Assembly: GCF_009914755.1 (NCBI RefSeq)
Contig: NC_060948.1
Strand: one strand, 5' to 3'
Source: the human T2T-CHM13v2.0 reference genome, Homo sapiens
DNA: 64,000 nucleotides
Shown one piece after another: positions 38,101 through 58,900 of this stretch. Both the position numbers and the translations under genes were made by a program. The notes below the pieces were generated by a model. That model had not been told where the DNA came from. It worked only from the letters and a program-made list of their open reading frames with translations, and made no database searches. How positions within the stretch are numbered: the stretch's first letter is position 1; every line of letters begins with the position of its first letter.

Positions 38101-39297
38101 TATAATTGTATATATAAAATGCGACATATAATATATATTATATTTTATAACATATGTAATATATATTATATATTATATATAATACGTTGTATGTATAATA
38201 CCTATATTAAATATATATTATATGACTATGTTATTAATTACATGTCACATGTGTTATATATTATATATTTTACATAGAATATACCGGTTACATACAATAT
38301 ATACTATGTTACCTATAATGTATAATTGATTACATGTAAAATAAAGAATGCAATATATTATGTATAATTTATAATATACCATATGTGGAATGTGATATAT
38401 ATAACATATAATATATGATATATGATATACAGTATATGATATATAACATACAATATATGATTCCTAATATATATGGTATACAATATATATTTTATGATAT
38501 GTATTCTATATGTTTTATATTCTGTTATATATAACTATTTGAAATTATATATAACTGTATAATATTTTATGTAAATATGTAATATAATATATATAACTAT
38601 ATAATATATTATATATAACTATATATTATGTTATATATACTTTTATAACATAATTTACATAAAATATCATAATATAATATATATTATATTATTTCATATT
38701 ACATAATATATATTACATATCACCCAATATAACTAACATACATAATATTATAATATAGATTATATTGTGTTATATTAAATATCATATATATCATGTATCA
38801 TATATTCTATAATATATATTACACATTATATAATATGTATGTTGTCTATTATGTGATATATATAACTATATATATAATTATATTTTTATACATATAACTA
38901 GATAAGCATGTAATTCTACATATTTTCATTTATAATATGTAGAATTATATAATCATATATAATTATTTATATTCTATAAAAAATTTTATCATTATATAAA
39001 TTATAATATATAAAAATTATAATATGTACTACAAATATATATATTATATATCATATATGATATAGTACCTTTGTTATATATCATAATACATATAAATGTG
39101 TATTATGTTATCTATAATTATATAATTTCATATATAAGATGTATAATATGTATCATATATTATATGTGTTATGTAATATATATAGTATATATAAGATGAC
39201 ACAGGATAAATATTATATACTATGACATATAAAATATATCAGGTTATATGTTACATATAAGGCATAGCACATAACATGTAATATATATCATATATAA

Positions 39298-39462
<165 letters not shown>

Positions 39463-40130
39463 TAGCTAATTTTTTGGATTTTTAGTAGTGACAGCGTTTC
39501 ACTGTATTGGCCAGGATGGTCTTGATCTCTTCACCTTGTGATCCCCTTGCCTTGGCCTCCAAATTTGCTGGGATTACAGGCCTGAGCCAAGATCCATATT
39601 TTTTAAATGAAAAATAATTTCAAAGGTACTCTGCTTGGTACAATAATCAAATGTATAAACTGAGGAATAAAACATAACCATGAAACCTACTTATAACTGC
39701 ATATGGAAAATACAGAGGATAATTTTTTAAATAACATATTTTGAAAGCCTTAACTAGTAATTTGAAGAGTTGGCATTTGAAAGGCCAGTATGAATATTCC
39801 TTCAGAGCAGCAACACAGGTTCCCCATGAGAAAAAGCAAACTCAGGGAAAATGAAACCACAAAGGTTCAATCTCTTCTGACCTTTGAAAGACACAGCACA
39901 GACAGTGGTCCTTAGGACGAAGAGCAGGAGACCCCTAATTCCGTCACCATGGCGATAGGGCATAAACATTGCTGGGTGAGGGCACAATCCACATTGTGAG
40001 GTCCAACTGCTGCCAGGAAGACAGGAGTGCTTTTACATAGACCGAAAGGTCATTGAAGGCTCAGAGTTTTGTTTCAAGAACTGAATCCCAAGCCCACACG
40101 TTATTAGGCTGCGCTTCTTAAAACAAGTTA

Positions 40131-47150
<7,020 letters not shown>

Positions 47151-49930
47151 TGGACTCCTTTGGAATGGTCTAGTATGCAATGCAATCGACTGGCAGGGAA
47201 TTAAAAGGAATGCAATCGAATGGATTGCACAGGAATGCAATGGACTCGAATAGATTGGAAACAGAATGCAAAGGAATGGAATGGAATAGTATGGAATGGA
47301 ATGGAAAGGAATGGAGTGGAATAGACTAGAGTAGAATGGAATTTACTCGAAAGCAATGGACTGGAATAGAACTTTCTTGAATGGGCTGGAATCAAACGGA
47401 ATGGAATGCTGTGCAATCAAATAGAATGAAAGAGAATCAAATCCAATCGAATGGATTGGAAAGGAATTGACTGAAATGGAATGGACTAGAATGGAAGGCA
47501 AAGGAATGGAATCTATAGGAATGGACTGTAATGGAATGGAATGGAAGGGATTGGAATGGAATCGAATGGAATGGACTGCAATAGAAAGGATTCGAATGGA
47601 ATGAAAAAGAATTGAATGGAATAGAACAGAATGGAATCAAATCGAATGAAATGGAATGAAATAGAAAGGATTCGAATGGAATGCAATCGAACGGAATGGA
47701 ATCGAACGGAATGGAATAAAATGGAAGAAAACTGGCAAGAAATGGAATCGAAATGAATGGAGTGTTATGGAACGGACTCAAAAGGAATTGAATGTAATAG
47801 AATGGAGTGGAGTGGACTCGAATATAATGGACTGGAATGGAATGAAATCACATGGAATGGGAACGAATGGAATGGAATGGAAAGGAATGGAATCGAATGG
47901 AAAGGAATCGAATGGAAGGGAATGAAATTGAATCAACAGGAATGGAAGGGAATAGAATAGACGGTAATGGAATGGACTCGAATAGAATGGACACGAATGC
48001 TCAAATTGAATGGACTCGAATGGAATGGAAACGAAAGGAATGTCATCGAATGTAATTGAATCGATTGGAATGAAATCGCATAGAATGGAGTGGAATCAAA
48101 TGGAATTGAGTCGAAAGGAAAGGAAGCGAATGGACTGAAATGAAATGGAATGGAATTGAATGGAAAGTAATGCAATGGAATAGAATGGAACGAAATTTCA
48201 CGGAATGGAATCAAACTGAATGGAATCAAATCAATGGAATCAAATCAAATGGAATGGAAAGGAATTGAATGGAGTAGATGGGATTGGATGGGATTGGAAT
48301 GAAATGTACTGGAAAGAACTCGAATTTCATGAAACGGAATGGAATGAATTGGAACGGAATGGACTCGAATGGAATGGAATGTCATGGAATGGCATCAAAT
48401 GGAATGGCATCAAATGGAATGGAATCGAATGCAATGGAATGCTATGGAATGGAATGGAATGCATTGGAATGGAATGTCCTCTAATGGAATGGATTCGAGT
48501 GGAATGGAATCGAATATAATGGAGTCGAATGAAATGGAATTGAAAGGAATGGGACCGAATACAATGGAATATACTGGAATGTAATGTAATGAACTCGAAT
48601 GTAATTGACTGCAATGGAATGTACATGAATGGAATGTAATCGAATGGAAAGTAATCCAATGGAATAGAATCTAATGCAATAAAATCGACTCAAATAGAAT
48701 AGAATGTAATGGAATGGAGTGCAGTGCAATGGAATGGAATGGAATGGAATGCAGTGGAATGGAATGGAATGGAATGCAATGGAATGGAATGTATTAGAAT
48801 GTAATGAACATTAATGGAATGTACTCGAATGGATTCGACTGGAATGGAATGTTCTGGAAGTTTATGGACTCCAATGGAATAGATTCGAAAGGAATGGAAT
48901 CGAACGGAATGGAATCTAATGGAATGGAATTAAATGGAAATGAATCAAATTGAATAGCACGGAATTGAATTGAATGGAATAGAATGCAATGTAATCTAAT
49001 GAAACAGAAAGGAAAGGAATGGAATGGAATGGAATGGGCTGGAATGGAATGGAATCGAAACGAATGGAATGGAATCGAACTAAAGAGACTGGAATGGAAT
49101 GCACTGGAATGGAAGGGAGTGTAATGGAAGGTTCTCGAAAAAAATGGAATCGAATGGAATGGAATTGAATGGAACGGAATAGAGTCGAATGGAATTGAAT
49201 GGAATGGAATGGACTAGAGTGAAATGGAATCGAACCACAAGGAATGGACAGGAATAGAATGGTCTCGAATTGAATGGAATCGTATGGAATGGCATCAAAC
49301 GGAATGGAATGGACAGCCACGGAATGGAATGCACTCGAATGCAATGGAGTCGAAACTAATGGACTGGAATAGAATGGACTCGACTGGTACGGACTCCAAT
49401 GGAATGGAATCGAATGGAAGGGAATCGAACAGAATGGACTCGAAGGGAAAAGACTGCAATGGAAAGGTCTCGAATGGAATGGAAATTAATGGAATGGAAT
49501 GGAATCGAATGAAGTGGAGTCAAAAGGAATGGAATCGAATGGCAAGAAATCGAATGTAATGGAATCGCAAGGAATTGATGTGAACGGAACGGAATGGAAT
49601 GGAATCCAAAGGAATGGAATAGAATGGAATGGAATCAAATGGAAAGGACTCGAAAGGAAATCACTCGAATAGAATGCAATTTCATAAAATAGGATCAAAT
49701 GTAATGCAATGGAATGGAAAGGAATCGAAACGAAAGGAATGGAGACAGATGGAATGGAATGTAACAGAGAGCAATGGTATAGAATGGAATGGAATCATCT
49801 GGAATGGAATTGAATGGAATGCAATAACATGAAATGGAATGGAATGGAATGGAATGCCCTTGAATTAAATGGACTGGAATGGAATGGACTCGAACAGAGT
49901 GTAATGGAAAGTGTTGAAATAGAATGGAAT
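47151..49930 (+). repeat. First (boundary) DYZ1 unit, shortened to ~2779 bp
   Basis: The marker ggactcStttggaatggt occurs at 47152, 49931, 53475, 57024 and 60568, giving periods of 2779, 3544, 3549 and 3544. Confidence 0.87.
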
Positions 49931-52900
49931 GGACTCGTTTGGAATGGTCTAGTATGCAATGCAATCGACTGGCAGGGAATCAAAAGGAATGTAATCGAAT
50001 GGATTGGACTGGAATGCAATGGACTCGAATAGATTGGAAACGGAATGCAAAGGAATGGAATGGAATAGTATGGAATGGAATGGAAAGGAATGGAGTGGAA
50101 TAGACTAGAGTGGAATGGAATGGACTCAAAAGCAATGGACTGGAATGGAACTTTCTTGAATGGACTGGAATCAAACGGAATGGAATGCAATGCAATCAAA
50201 TGGCATGGAATAAAATAGAATGAAAGAGAATCAAATGGAATTGAATGGAATGGAATCGAATGGATTGGAAAGGAATAGAATGGAATGGAATGGAATTGAC
50301 TCAAATGGAATGGACTAGAATGGAATGGATTCGAATGGAAGGCAAAGGAATGGAATCTATTGGAATGGACTGTAATGGAATGGAATGGAAGGGATTGGAA
50401 TGGACTCGAATGGAATGGACTGCAATAGAAAGGATTCGAATGGAATGAAAAAGAATTGAATGGAATAGAACAGAATGGAATCAAATCGAATGAAATGGAA
50501 TGGAATAGAAAGGAATGGAATGAAATGGAATGGAAAGGATTCGAATGGAATGCAATCGAATGGAATGGAATCGAACGGAATGGAATAAAATGGAAGAAAA
50601 CTGGCAAGAAATGGAATCGAAATGAATGGAGTGTTATGGAACGGACTCAAAAGGAATTGAATGTAATAGAATTGAGTGAAGTGGACTCGAATATAATGGA
50701 CTGGAATGGAATGAAATCACATGGAATGGGAACGAATGGAATGGAATGGAAAGGAATGGAATCGAATGGAAAGGAATGGAATGGAAGGGAATGAAACTGA
50801 ATCAACAGGAATGGAAGGGAGTAGAATAGACGGTAATGGAATGGACTCGAATAGAATGGACACGAATGCACAAATTGAATGGACTCGAATGGAATGGAAA
50901 CGAAAGGAATGTCATCGAATGGAATTGAATCGATTGGAATGAAATCGCATAGAATGGAGTGGAATCAAATGGAATTGAATCGAAAGGAAAGGAAGCGAAT
51001 GGACTGAAATGGAATGGAATGGAATGGAAAGTAATGCAATGGAATAGAATGGAACGAAATTTCACGGAATGGAATCAAACTGAATAGAATCAAATCAATG
51101 GAATATAATCAAATGGAATGGAAAGGAATTGAATGGAGTAGATTGGATTGGATGGGATTGGAATGAAATGGAATGGAAAGGACTCGAATTTCATGAAACG
51201 GAATGGAATGAATTGGAACGGAATGGACTCGAATGGAATGGAATGTCATGGAATTGCATCAAATGGAATGGCATCAAAGGGAATGGAATCGAATGCAATG
51301 GAATGCTATGGAATGGAATGGAATGCATTGGAATGGAATGTCCTCTAATGGAATGGATTCGAGTGGAATGGAATCGAATATAATGGAGTCGAATGAAATG
51401 GAATTGAAAGGAATGGGATCGAATACAATGGAATATACTGGAATGTAACGTAATGAACTCGAATGTAATTGACTGGAATGGAATGTACACGAATGGAATG
51501 TAATCGAATGGAAAGTAATCCAATGGAATAGAATCTAATGCAATAAAATCGACTCAAATAGAATAGAATGCAATGGAATGGAGTGCAGTGCAATGGAATG
51601 GAATGGAATGGAATGCAATGGAATGGAATGGAATGGAATGGAATGCAATGGGATGGAATGGTATGGAATGGATAGTAATGGACTGGAGTGAAATGGACTG
51701 GAAAGGAATGGACTCAAATTGAAAGGTCTCGAAAGGAATGGAGTCAAATGGAATGGTCTGGAATGGAATGAACACGAATGTAATGCAATCCAATAGAATG
51801 GAATCGAATGGCATGGAATATAAAGAAATGGAATCGAAGAGAATGGAAACAAATGGAATGGAATTGAATGGAATGGAATTGAATGGAATGGGAACGAATG
51901 GAGTGAAATTGTATGCAGTAGAAGAGAATAGAATGGAATGCAAGCGAAAGGAAAGGAATGGATTGGAATGGAATGGAATTCATTGGAATGGAAGGGAATG
52001 TAGTGTAATGGACAGGCCTGGAATAAAGTGGAATGCTACGGTCTCGAATGGAATAAAAATGTATGGAATGGAATGCAATGAAACGGAATCGAATGTCATA
52101 GAATGTAATGGAATGCAAAAAAATGGAATCCAAAATCATTGACTGGAAAGGCTGGGTGTCGAAAGGAATTGACTCCAATGGAATGGAATCGAATGGAATG
52201 GAAGTGAATAGAATCGAACTAAATCGAATGGAATGGAATTGATAGGAACGGAATGGAAAGGAATGCAATGATTTGGCATGGAATGGAATCGAATGGCATC
52301 GAATGGAATGGAATGGAATGCAATGGAATGGAATATATTAGAATGTAATGAACTTTAATGGAATGTACTCGAATGGATTCGACTGGAATGGAATGTTCTG
52401 GAAGTGAATGGACTCCAATGGAATGGATTCGAAAGGAATAGAATCGTACGGAATGGAATCTAATGGAATGGAATTAAATGGAAATGAATCAAATTGAATA
52501 GCACGGAATTGAATTGAATGGAATGGAATGCAATGGAATCTAATGAAACGGAAAGGAAAGGAATGGAATGGAATGGAATGGGCTGGAATGGAAAGGAATC
52601 GAAACGAATGGAATGGAATCGAACTGAAGAGACTGGAATGGAATGCACTGGAATGGAAGGGAGTGTAATGGAAGGTTCTCGAAAAAAATGGAATCGAATG
52701 GAATGGAATTGAATGGAACGGAATAGAGTCGAATGGAATTGAATGGAATGGAATGGACTAGAGTGAAATGGAATCGAACCACAAGGAATGGACAGGAATA
52801 GAATGGTCTCGAATTGAATGGAATCGTATGGAATGGCATCAAACGGAATGGAATGGACAGCCACGGAATGGAATGCACTCGAATGCAATGGAGTCGAAAC

Positions 52901-55900
52901 TAATGGACTGGAATAGAATGGACTCGACTGGTACGGACTCCAATGGAATGGAATCGAATGCAAGGGAATCGAACGGAATGGACTCGAAGGGAAAAGACTG
53001 CAATGGAAAGGTCTCGAATGGAATGGAAATTAATGGAATGGATTGGAATCGAATGAAATGGAGTCAAAAGGAATGGAATCGAATGGCAAGAAATCAAATG
53101 TAATGGAATCGCAAGGAATTGATGTGAACGGAACGGAATGGAATGGAATCCAAAGGAATGGAATAGAATGGAATGGAATCGAATGGAAAGGACTCGAATG
53201 GAAATCACTCGAATAGAATGCAATTTAATAAAATAGGATCAAATGTAATGGAATGGAATGGAAAGGAATCGAAACGAAAGGAATGGAGACAGATGGAATG
53301 GAATGGAACAGAGAGCAATGGTATAGAATGGAATGGAATCATCTGGAATGGAATTGAATGGAATGGAATAACATGAAATGGAATGGAATGGAATGGAATG
53401 CCCTTGAATTAAATGGACTGGAATGGAATGGACTCGAACAGAGTGGAATGGAAAGTGTTGAAATATAATGGAATGGACTCCTTTGGAATGGTCTAGTGTG
53501 CAATGCAATCGACTGGCAGGGAATCAAAAGGAATGTAATCGAATGGATTGGACTGGAATGCAATGGATTCGAATAGATTGGAAACGGAATGCAAAGGAAT
53601 GGAATGGAATAGTATGGAATGGAATGGAAAGTAATGGAGTGGAATAGACTAGAGTGGAATGGAATGGACTGGAAAGCAATGGACTGGAATGGAACTTTCT
53701 TGAATGGAGTGGAATCAAACGGAATGGAATGCACTGCAATCAAATGGCATGGAATAAAATAGAATGAAAGAGAATCAAACGGAATTGAATCGAATGGAAT
53801 CGAATGGATTGGAAAGGAATAGAATGGAATGGAATGGAATTGACTCAAATGGAATGGACTAGAATGGAATGGATTCGAATGGAAGGCAAAGGAATGGAAT
53901 CTATTGGAATGGACTGTAATGGAATGGAATGGAAGGGATTGGAATGGACTCGAATGGAATGGACTGCAATAGAAAGGATTCGAATGGAATGAAAAAGAAT
54001 TGAATGGAATAGAACAGAATGGAATCAAATCGAATGAAATTGAATGGAATAGTAAGGAATGGAATGAAATGGAATGGAAAGGATTCGAATGGAATGCAAT
54101 CGAATGGAATGCAATCGAATGGAATGGAATCGAACGGAATGGAATAAAATGGAAGAAAACTGGCAAGAAATGGAATCGAAATGAATGGAGTGTTATGGAA
54201 CGGACTCAAAAGGAATTGAATGTAATAGAATGGAGTGGAGTGGACTCGAATATAATGGACTGGAATGGAATGAAATCACATGGAATGGGAACGAATGGAA
54301 TGGAATGGAAAGGAATGGAATCGAATGGAAAGGAATCGAATGGAAGGGAATGAAATTGAATCAACAGGAATGGAAGGGAATAGAATAGACGGTAATGGAA
54401 TGGACTCGAATAGAATGGACACGAATGCTCACATTGAATGGACTCGAGTGGAATGGAAACGAAACGAATGTCATCGAATGGAATTGAATCGATTGGAATG
54501 AAATCGCATAGAATGGACTGGAATCAAATGGAATTGAGTCGAAAGGAAAGGAAGCGAATGGACTGAAATGAAATGGAATGGAATTGAATGGAAAGTAATG
54601 CAATGGAATAGAATGGAACGAAATTTCACGGAATGGAATCAAACTGAATGGAATCAAATCAATGGAATATAATCAAATGGAATGGAAAGGAATTGAATGG
54701 AGTAGATGGGACTGGATGGGATTGGAATGAAATGTACTGGAAAGGACTCGAATTTCATGAAACGGAATGGAATGAATTGGAACGGAATGGACTCGATTGG
54801 AATGGAATGTCATGGAATGGCATCAAATGGAATGGAATCGAATGCAATGGAATGCTATGGAATGGAATGGAATGCATTGGAATGGAATGTCCTCTAATGG
54901 AATGGATTCGAGTGGAATGGAATCGAATATAATGGAGTCGAATGAAATGGAATTGAAAGGAATGGGATCGAATACAATGGAATATACTGGAATGTAACGT
55001 AATGAACTCGAATGTAATTGACTGGAATGGAATGTACATGAATGGAATGTAATCGAATGGAAAGTAATCCAATGGAATAGAATCTAATGCAATAAAATCG
55101 ACTCAAATAGAATAGAATGCAATGGAATGGAGTGCAGTGCAATGGAATGGAAGGGAATGGAATGCAATGGAATGGAATGTAATGGAATGGAATGGAATGG
55201 GATGGAATGGTATGGAATGGATAGTAATGGACTGGAGTGAAATGGACTGGAAAGGAATGGACTCAAATTGAAAGGGCTCGAAAGGAATGCAGTCAAATGG
55301 AATGATCTGGAATGGAATGAACACGAATGTAATGCAATCCAATAGAATGGAATCGAATGGCATGGAATATAAAGAAATGGAATCGAAGAGAATGGAAACA
55401 AATGGAATGGAATTGAATGGAATGGAATTGAATGGAATGAGAATGAATGGAGTGAAATTGTATGCAGTAGAAGAGAATAGAATGGAATGCAAGCGAAAGG
55501 AAAGGAATGGATTGGAATGGAATGGAATTCATTGGAATGGAAGGGAATGTAGTGTAATGGACAGGCCTGGAATAAAGTGGAATGCTACGGTCTCGAATGG
55601 AATAAAAATGTATGGAATGGAATGCAATGAAACGGAATCGAATGTCATAGAATGTAATGGAATGCAAAAAAATGGAATCCAAAATCATTGACTGGAAAGG
55701 CTGGGTGTCGAAAGGAATTGACTCCAATGGAATGGAATCGAATGGAATGGAAGTGAATAGAATCGAACTAAATCGAATGGAATGGAATTGATAGGAACGG
55801 AATGGAAAGGAATGCAATGATTTGGCATGGAATGGAATCGAATGGCATCGAATGGAATGGAATGGAATGCAATGGAATGGAATGTATTAGAATGTAATGA

Positions 55901-58900
55901 ACTTTAATGGAATGTACTCGAATGGATTCGACTGGAATGGAATGTTCTGGAAGTGAATGGACTCCAATGGAATGGATTCGAAAGGAATGGAATCGTACGG
56001 AATGGAATCTAATGGAATGGAATTAAATGGAAATGAATCAAATTGAATAGCACGGAACTGAATTGAATGGAATCGAATGCAATGGAATCTAATGAAACGG
56101 AAAGGAAAGGAATGGAATGGAATGGAATGGGCTGGAATGGAATGGAATCGAAACAAATGGAATGGAATCGAACTGAAGAGACTGGAATGGAATGCACTGG
56201 AATGGAAGGGAGTGTAATGGAAGGTTCTCGAAAAAAATGGAATCGAATGGAATGGAATTGAATGGAACGGAATAGAGTCGAATGGAATTGAATGGAATGG
56301 AATGGACTAGAGTGAAATGGAATCGAACCACAAGGAATGGACAGGAATAGAATGGTCTCGAATTGAATGGAATCGTATGGAATGGCATCAAACGGAATGG
56401 AATGGACAGCCACGGAATGGAATGCACTCGAATGCAATGGAGTCGAAACTAATGGACTGGAATAGAATGGACTCGACTGGTACGGACTCCAATGGAATGG
56501 AATCGAATGGAAGGGAATCGAACGGAATGGACTCGAAGGCAAAAGACTGCAATGGAAAGGTGTCGAATGGAATGGAAATTAATGGAATGGAATGGAATCG
56601 AATGAAATGGAGTCAAAAGGAATGGAATCGAATGGCAAGAAATCGAATGTAATGGAATCGCAAGGAATTGATGTGAACGGAACGGAATGGAATGGAATCC
56701 AAAGGAATGGAATAGAATGGAATGGAATCGAATGGAAAGGACTCGAATGGAAATCACTCGAATAGAATGCAATTTAATAAAATAGGATCAAATGTAATGG
56801 AATGGAATGGAAAGGAATCGAAACGAAAGGAATGGAGACAGATGGAATGGAATGGAACAGAGAGCAATGGTATAGAATGGAATGGAATCATCTGGAATGG
56901 AATTGAATGGAATGGAATAACATGAAATGGAATGGAATGGAATGGAATGCCTTTGAATTAAATGGACTGGAATGGAATGGTCTCGAACAGAGTGGAATGG
57001 AAAGTATTGGAATAGAATGGAATGGACTCGTTTGGAATGGTGTAGTATGCAATGCAATCGACTGGCAGGGAATCAAAAGGAATGTAATCGAATGGATTGG
57101 ACTGGAATGCAATGGACTCGAATAGATTGGAAACGGAATGCAAAGGAATGGAATGGAATAGTATGGAATGGAATGGAAAGGAATGGAGTGGAATAGACTA
57201 GAGTGGAATGGAATGGACTGGAAAGCAATGGACTGGAATGGAACTTTCTTGAATGGACTGGAATCAAACGGAATGGAATGCAATGCAATCAAATGGCATG
57301 GAATAAAATAGAATGAAAGAGAATCAAATGGAATTGAATCGAATGGAATCGAATGGATTGGAAAGGAATAGAATGGAATGGAATGGAATTGACTCAAATG
57401 GAATGGACTAGAATGGAATGGATTCGAATGGAAGGCAAAGGAATGGAATCTATTGGAATGGACTGTAATGGAATGGAATGGAAGGGATTGGAATGGACTC
57501 GAATGGAATGGACTGCAATAGAAAGGATTCGAATGGAATGAAAAAGAATTGAATGGAATAGAACAGAATGGAATCAAATCGAATGAAATGGAATGGAATA
57601 GAAAGGAATGGAATGAAATGGAATGGAAAGGATTTGAATGGAATGCAATCGAATGGAATGGAATCGAACGGAAAGGAATAAAATGGAAGAAAACTGGCAA
57701 GAAATGGAATCGAAATGAATGGAGTGTTATGGAACGGACTCAAAAGGAATTGAATGTAATAGAATTGAGTGAAGTGGACTCGAATATAATGGACTGGAAT
57801 GGAATGAAATCACATGGAATGGGAACGAATGGAATGGAATGGAAAGGAATGGAATCGAATGGAAAGGAATGGAATGGAAGGGAATGAAACTGAATCAACA
57901 GGAATGGAAGGGAGTAGAATAGACGGTAATGGAATGGACTCGAATAGAATGGACACGAATGCACAAATTGAATGGACTCGAATGGAATGGAAACGAAAGG
58001 AATGTCATCGAATGGAATTGAATCGATTGGAATGAAATCGCATAGAATGGAGTGGAATCAAATGGAATTGAATCGAAAGGAAAGGAAGCGAATGGACTGA
58101 AATGGAATGGAATGGAATGGAAAGTAATGCAATGGAATAGAATGGAACGAAATTTCACGGAATGGAATCAAACTGAATAGAATCAAATCAATGGAATATA
58201 ATCAAATGGAATGGAAAGGAATTGAATGGAGTAGATTGGATTGGATGGGATTGGAATGAAATGGAATGGAAAGGACTCGAATTTCATGAAACGGAATGGA
58301 ATGAATTGGAACGGAATGGACTCGAATGGAATGGAATGTCATGGAATTGCATCAAATGGAATGGCATCAAAGGGAATGGAATCGAATGCAATGGAATGCT
58401 ATGGAATGGAATGGAATGCATTGGAATGGAATGTCCTCTAATGGAATGGATTCGAGTGGAATGGAATCGAATATAATGGAGTCGAATGAAATGGAATTGA
58501 AAGGAATGGGATCGAATACAATGGAATATACTGGAATGTAACGTAATGAACTCGAATGTAATTGACTGGAATGGAATGTACACGAATGGAATGTAATCGA
58601 ATGGAAAGTAATCCAATGGAATAGAATCTAATGCAATAAAATCGACTCAAATAGAATAGAATGCAATGGAATGGAGTGCAGTGCAATGGAATGGAATGGA
58701 ATGGAATGCAATGGAATGGAATGGAATGGAATGGAATGCAATGGGATGGAATGGTATGGAATGGATAGTAATAGACTGGAGTGAAATGGACTGGAAAGGA
58801 ATGGACTCAAATTGAAAGGTCTCGAAAGGAATGGAGTCAAATGGAATGGTCTGGAATGGAATGAACACGAATGTAATGCAATCCAATAGAATGGAATCGA

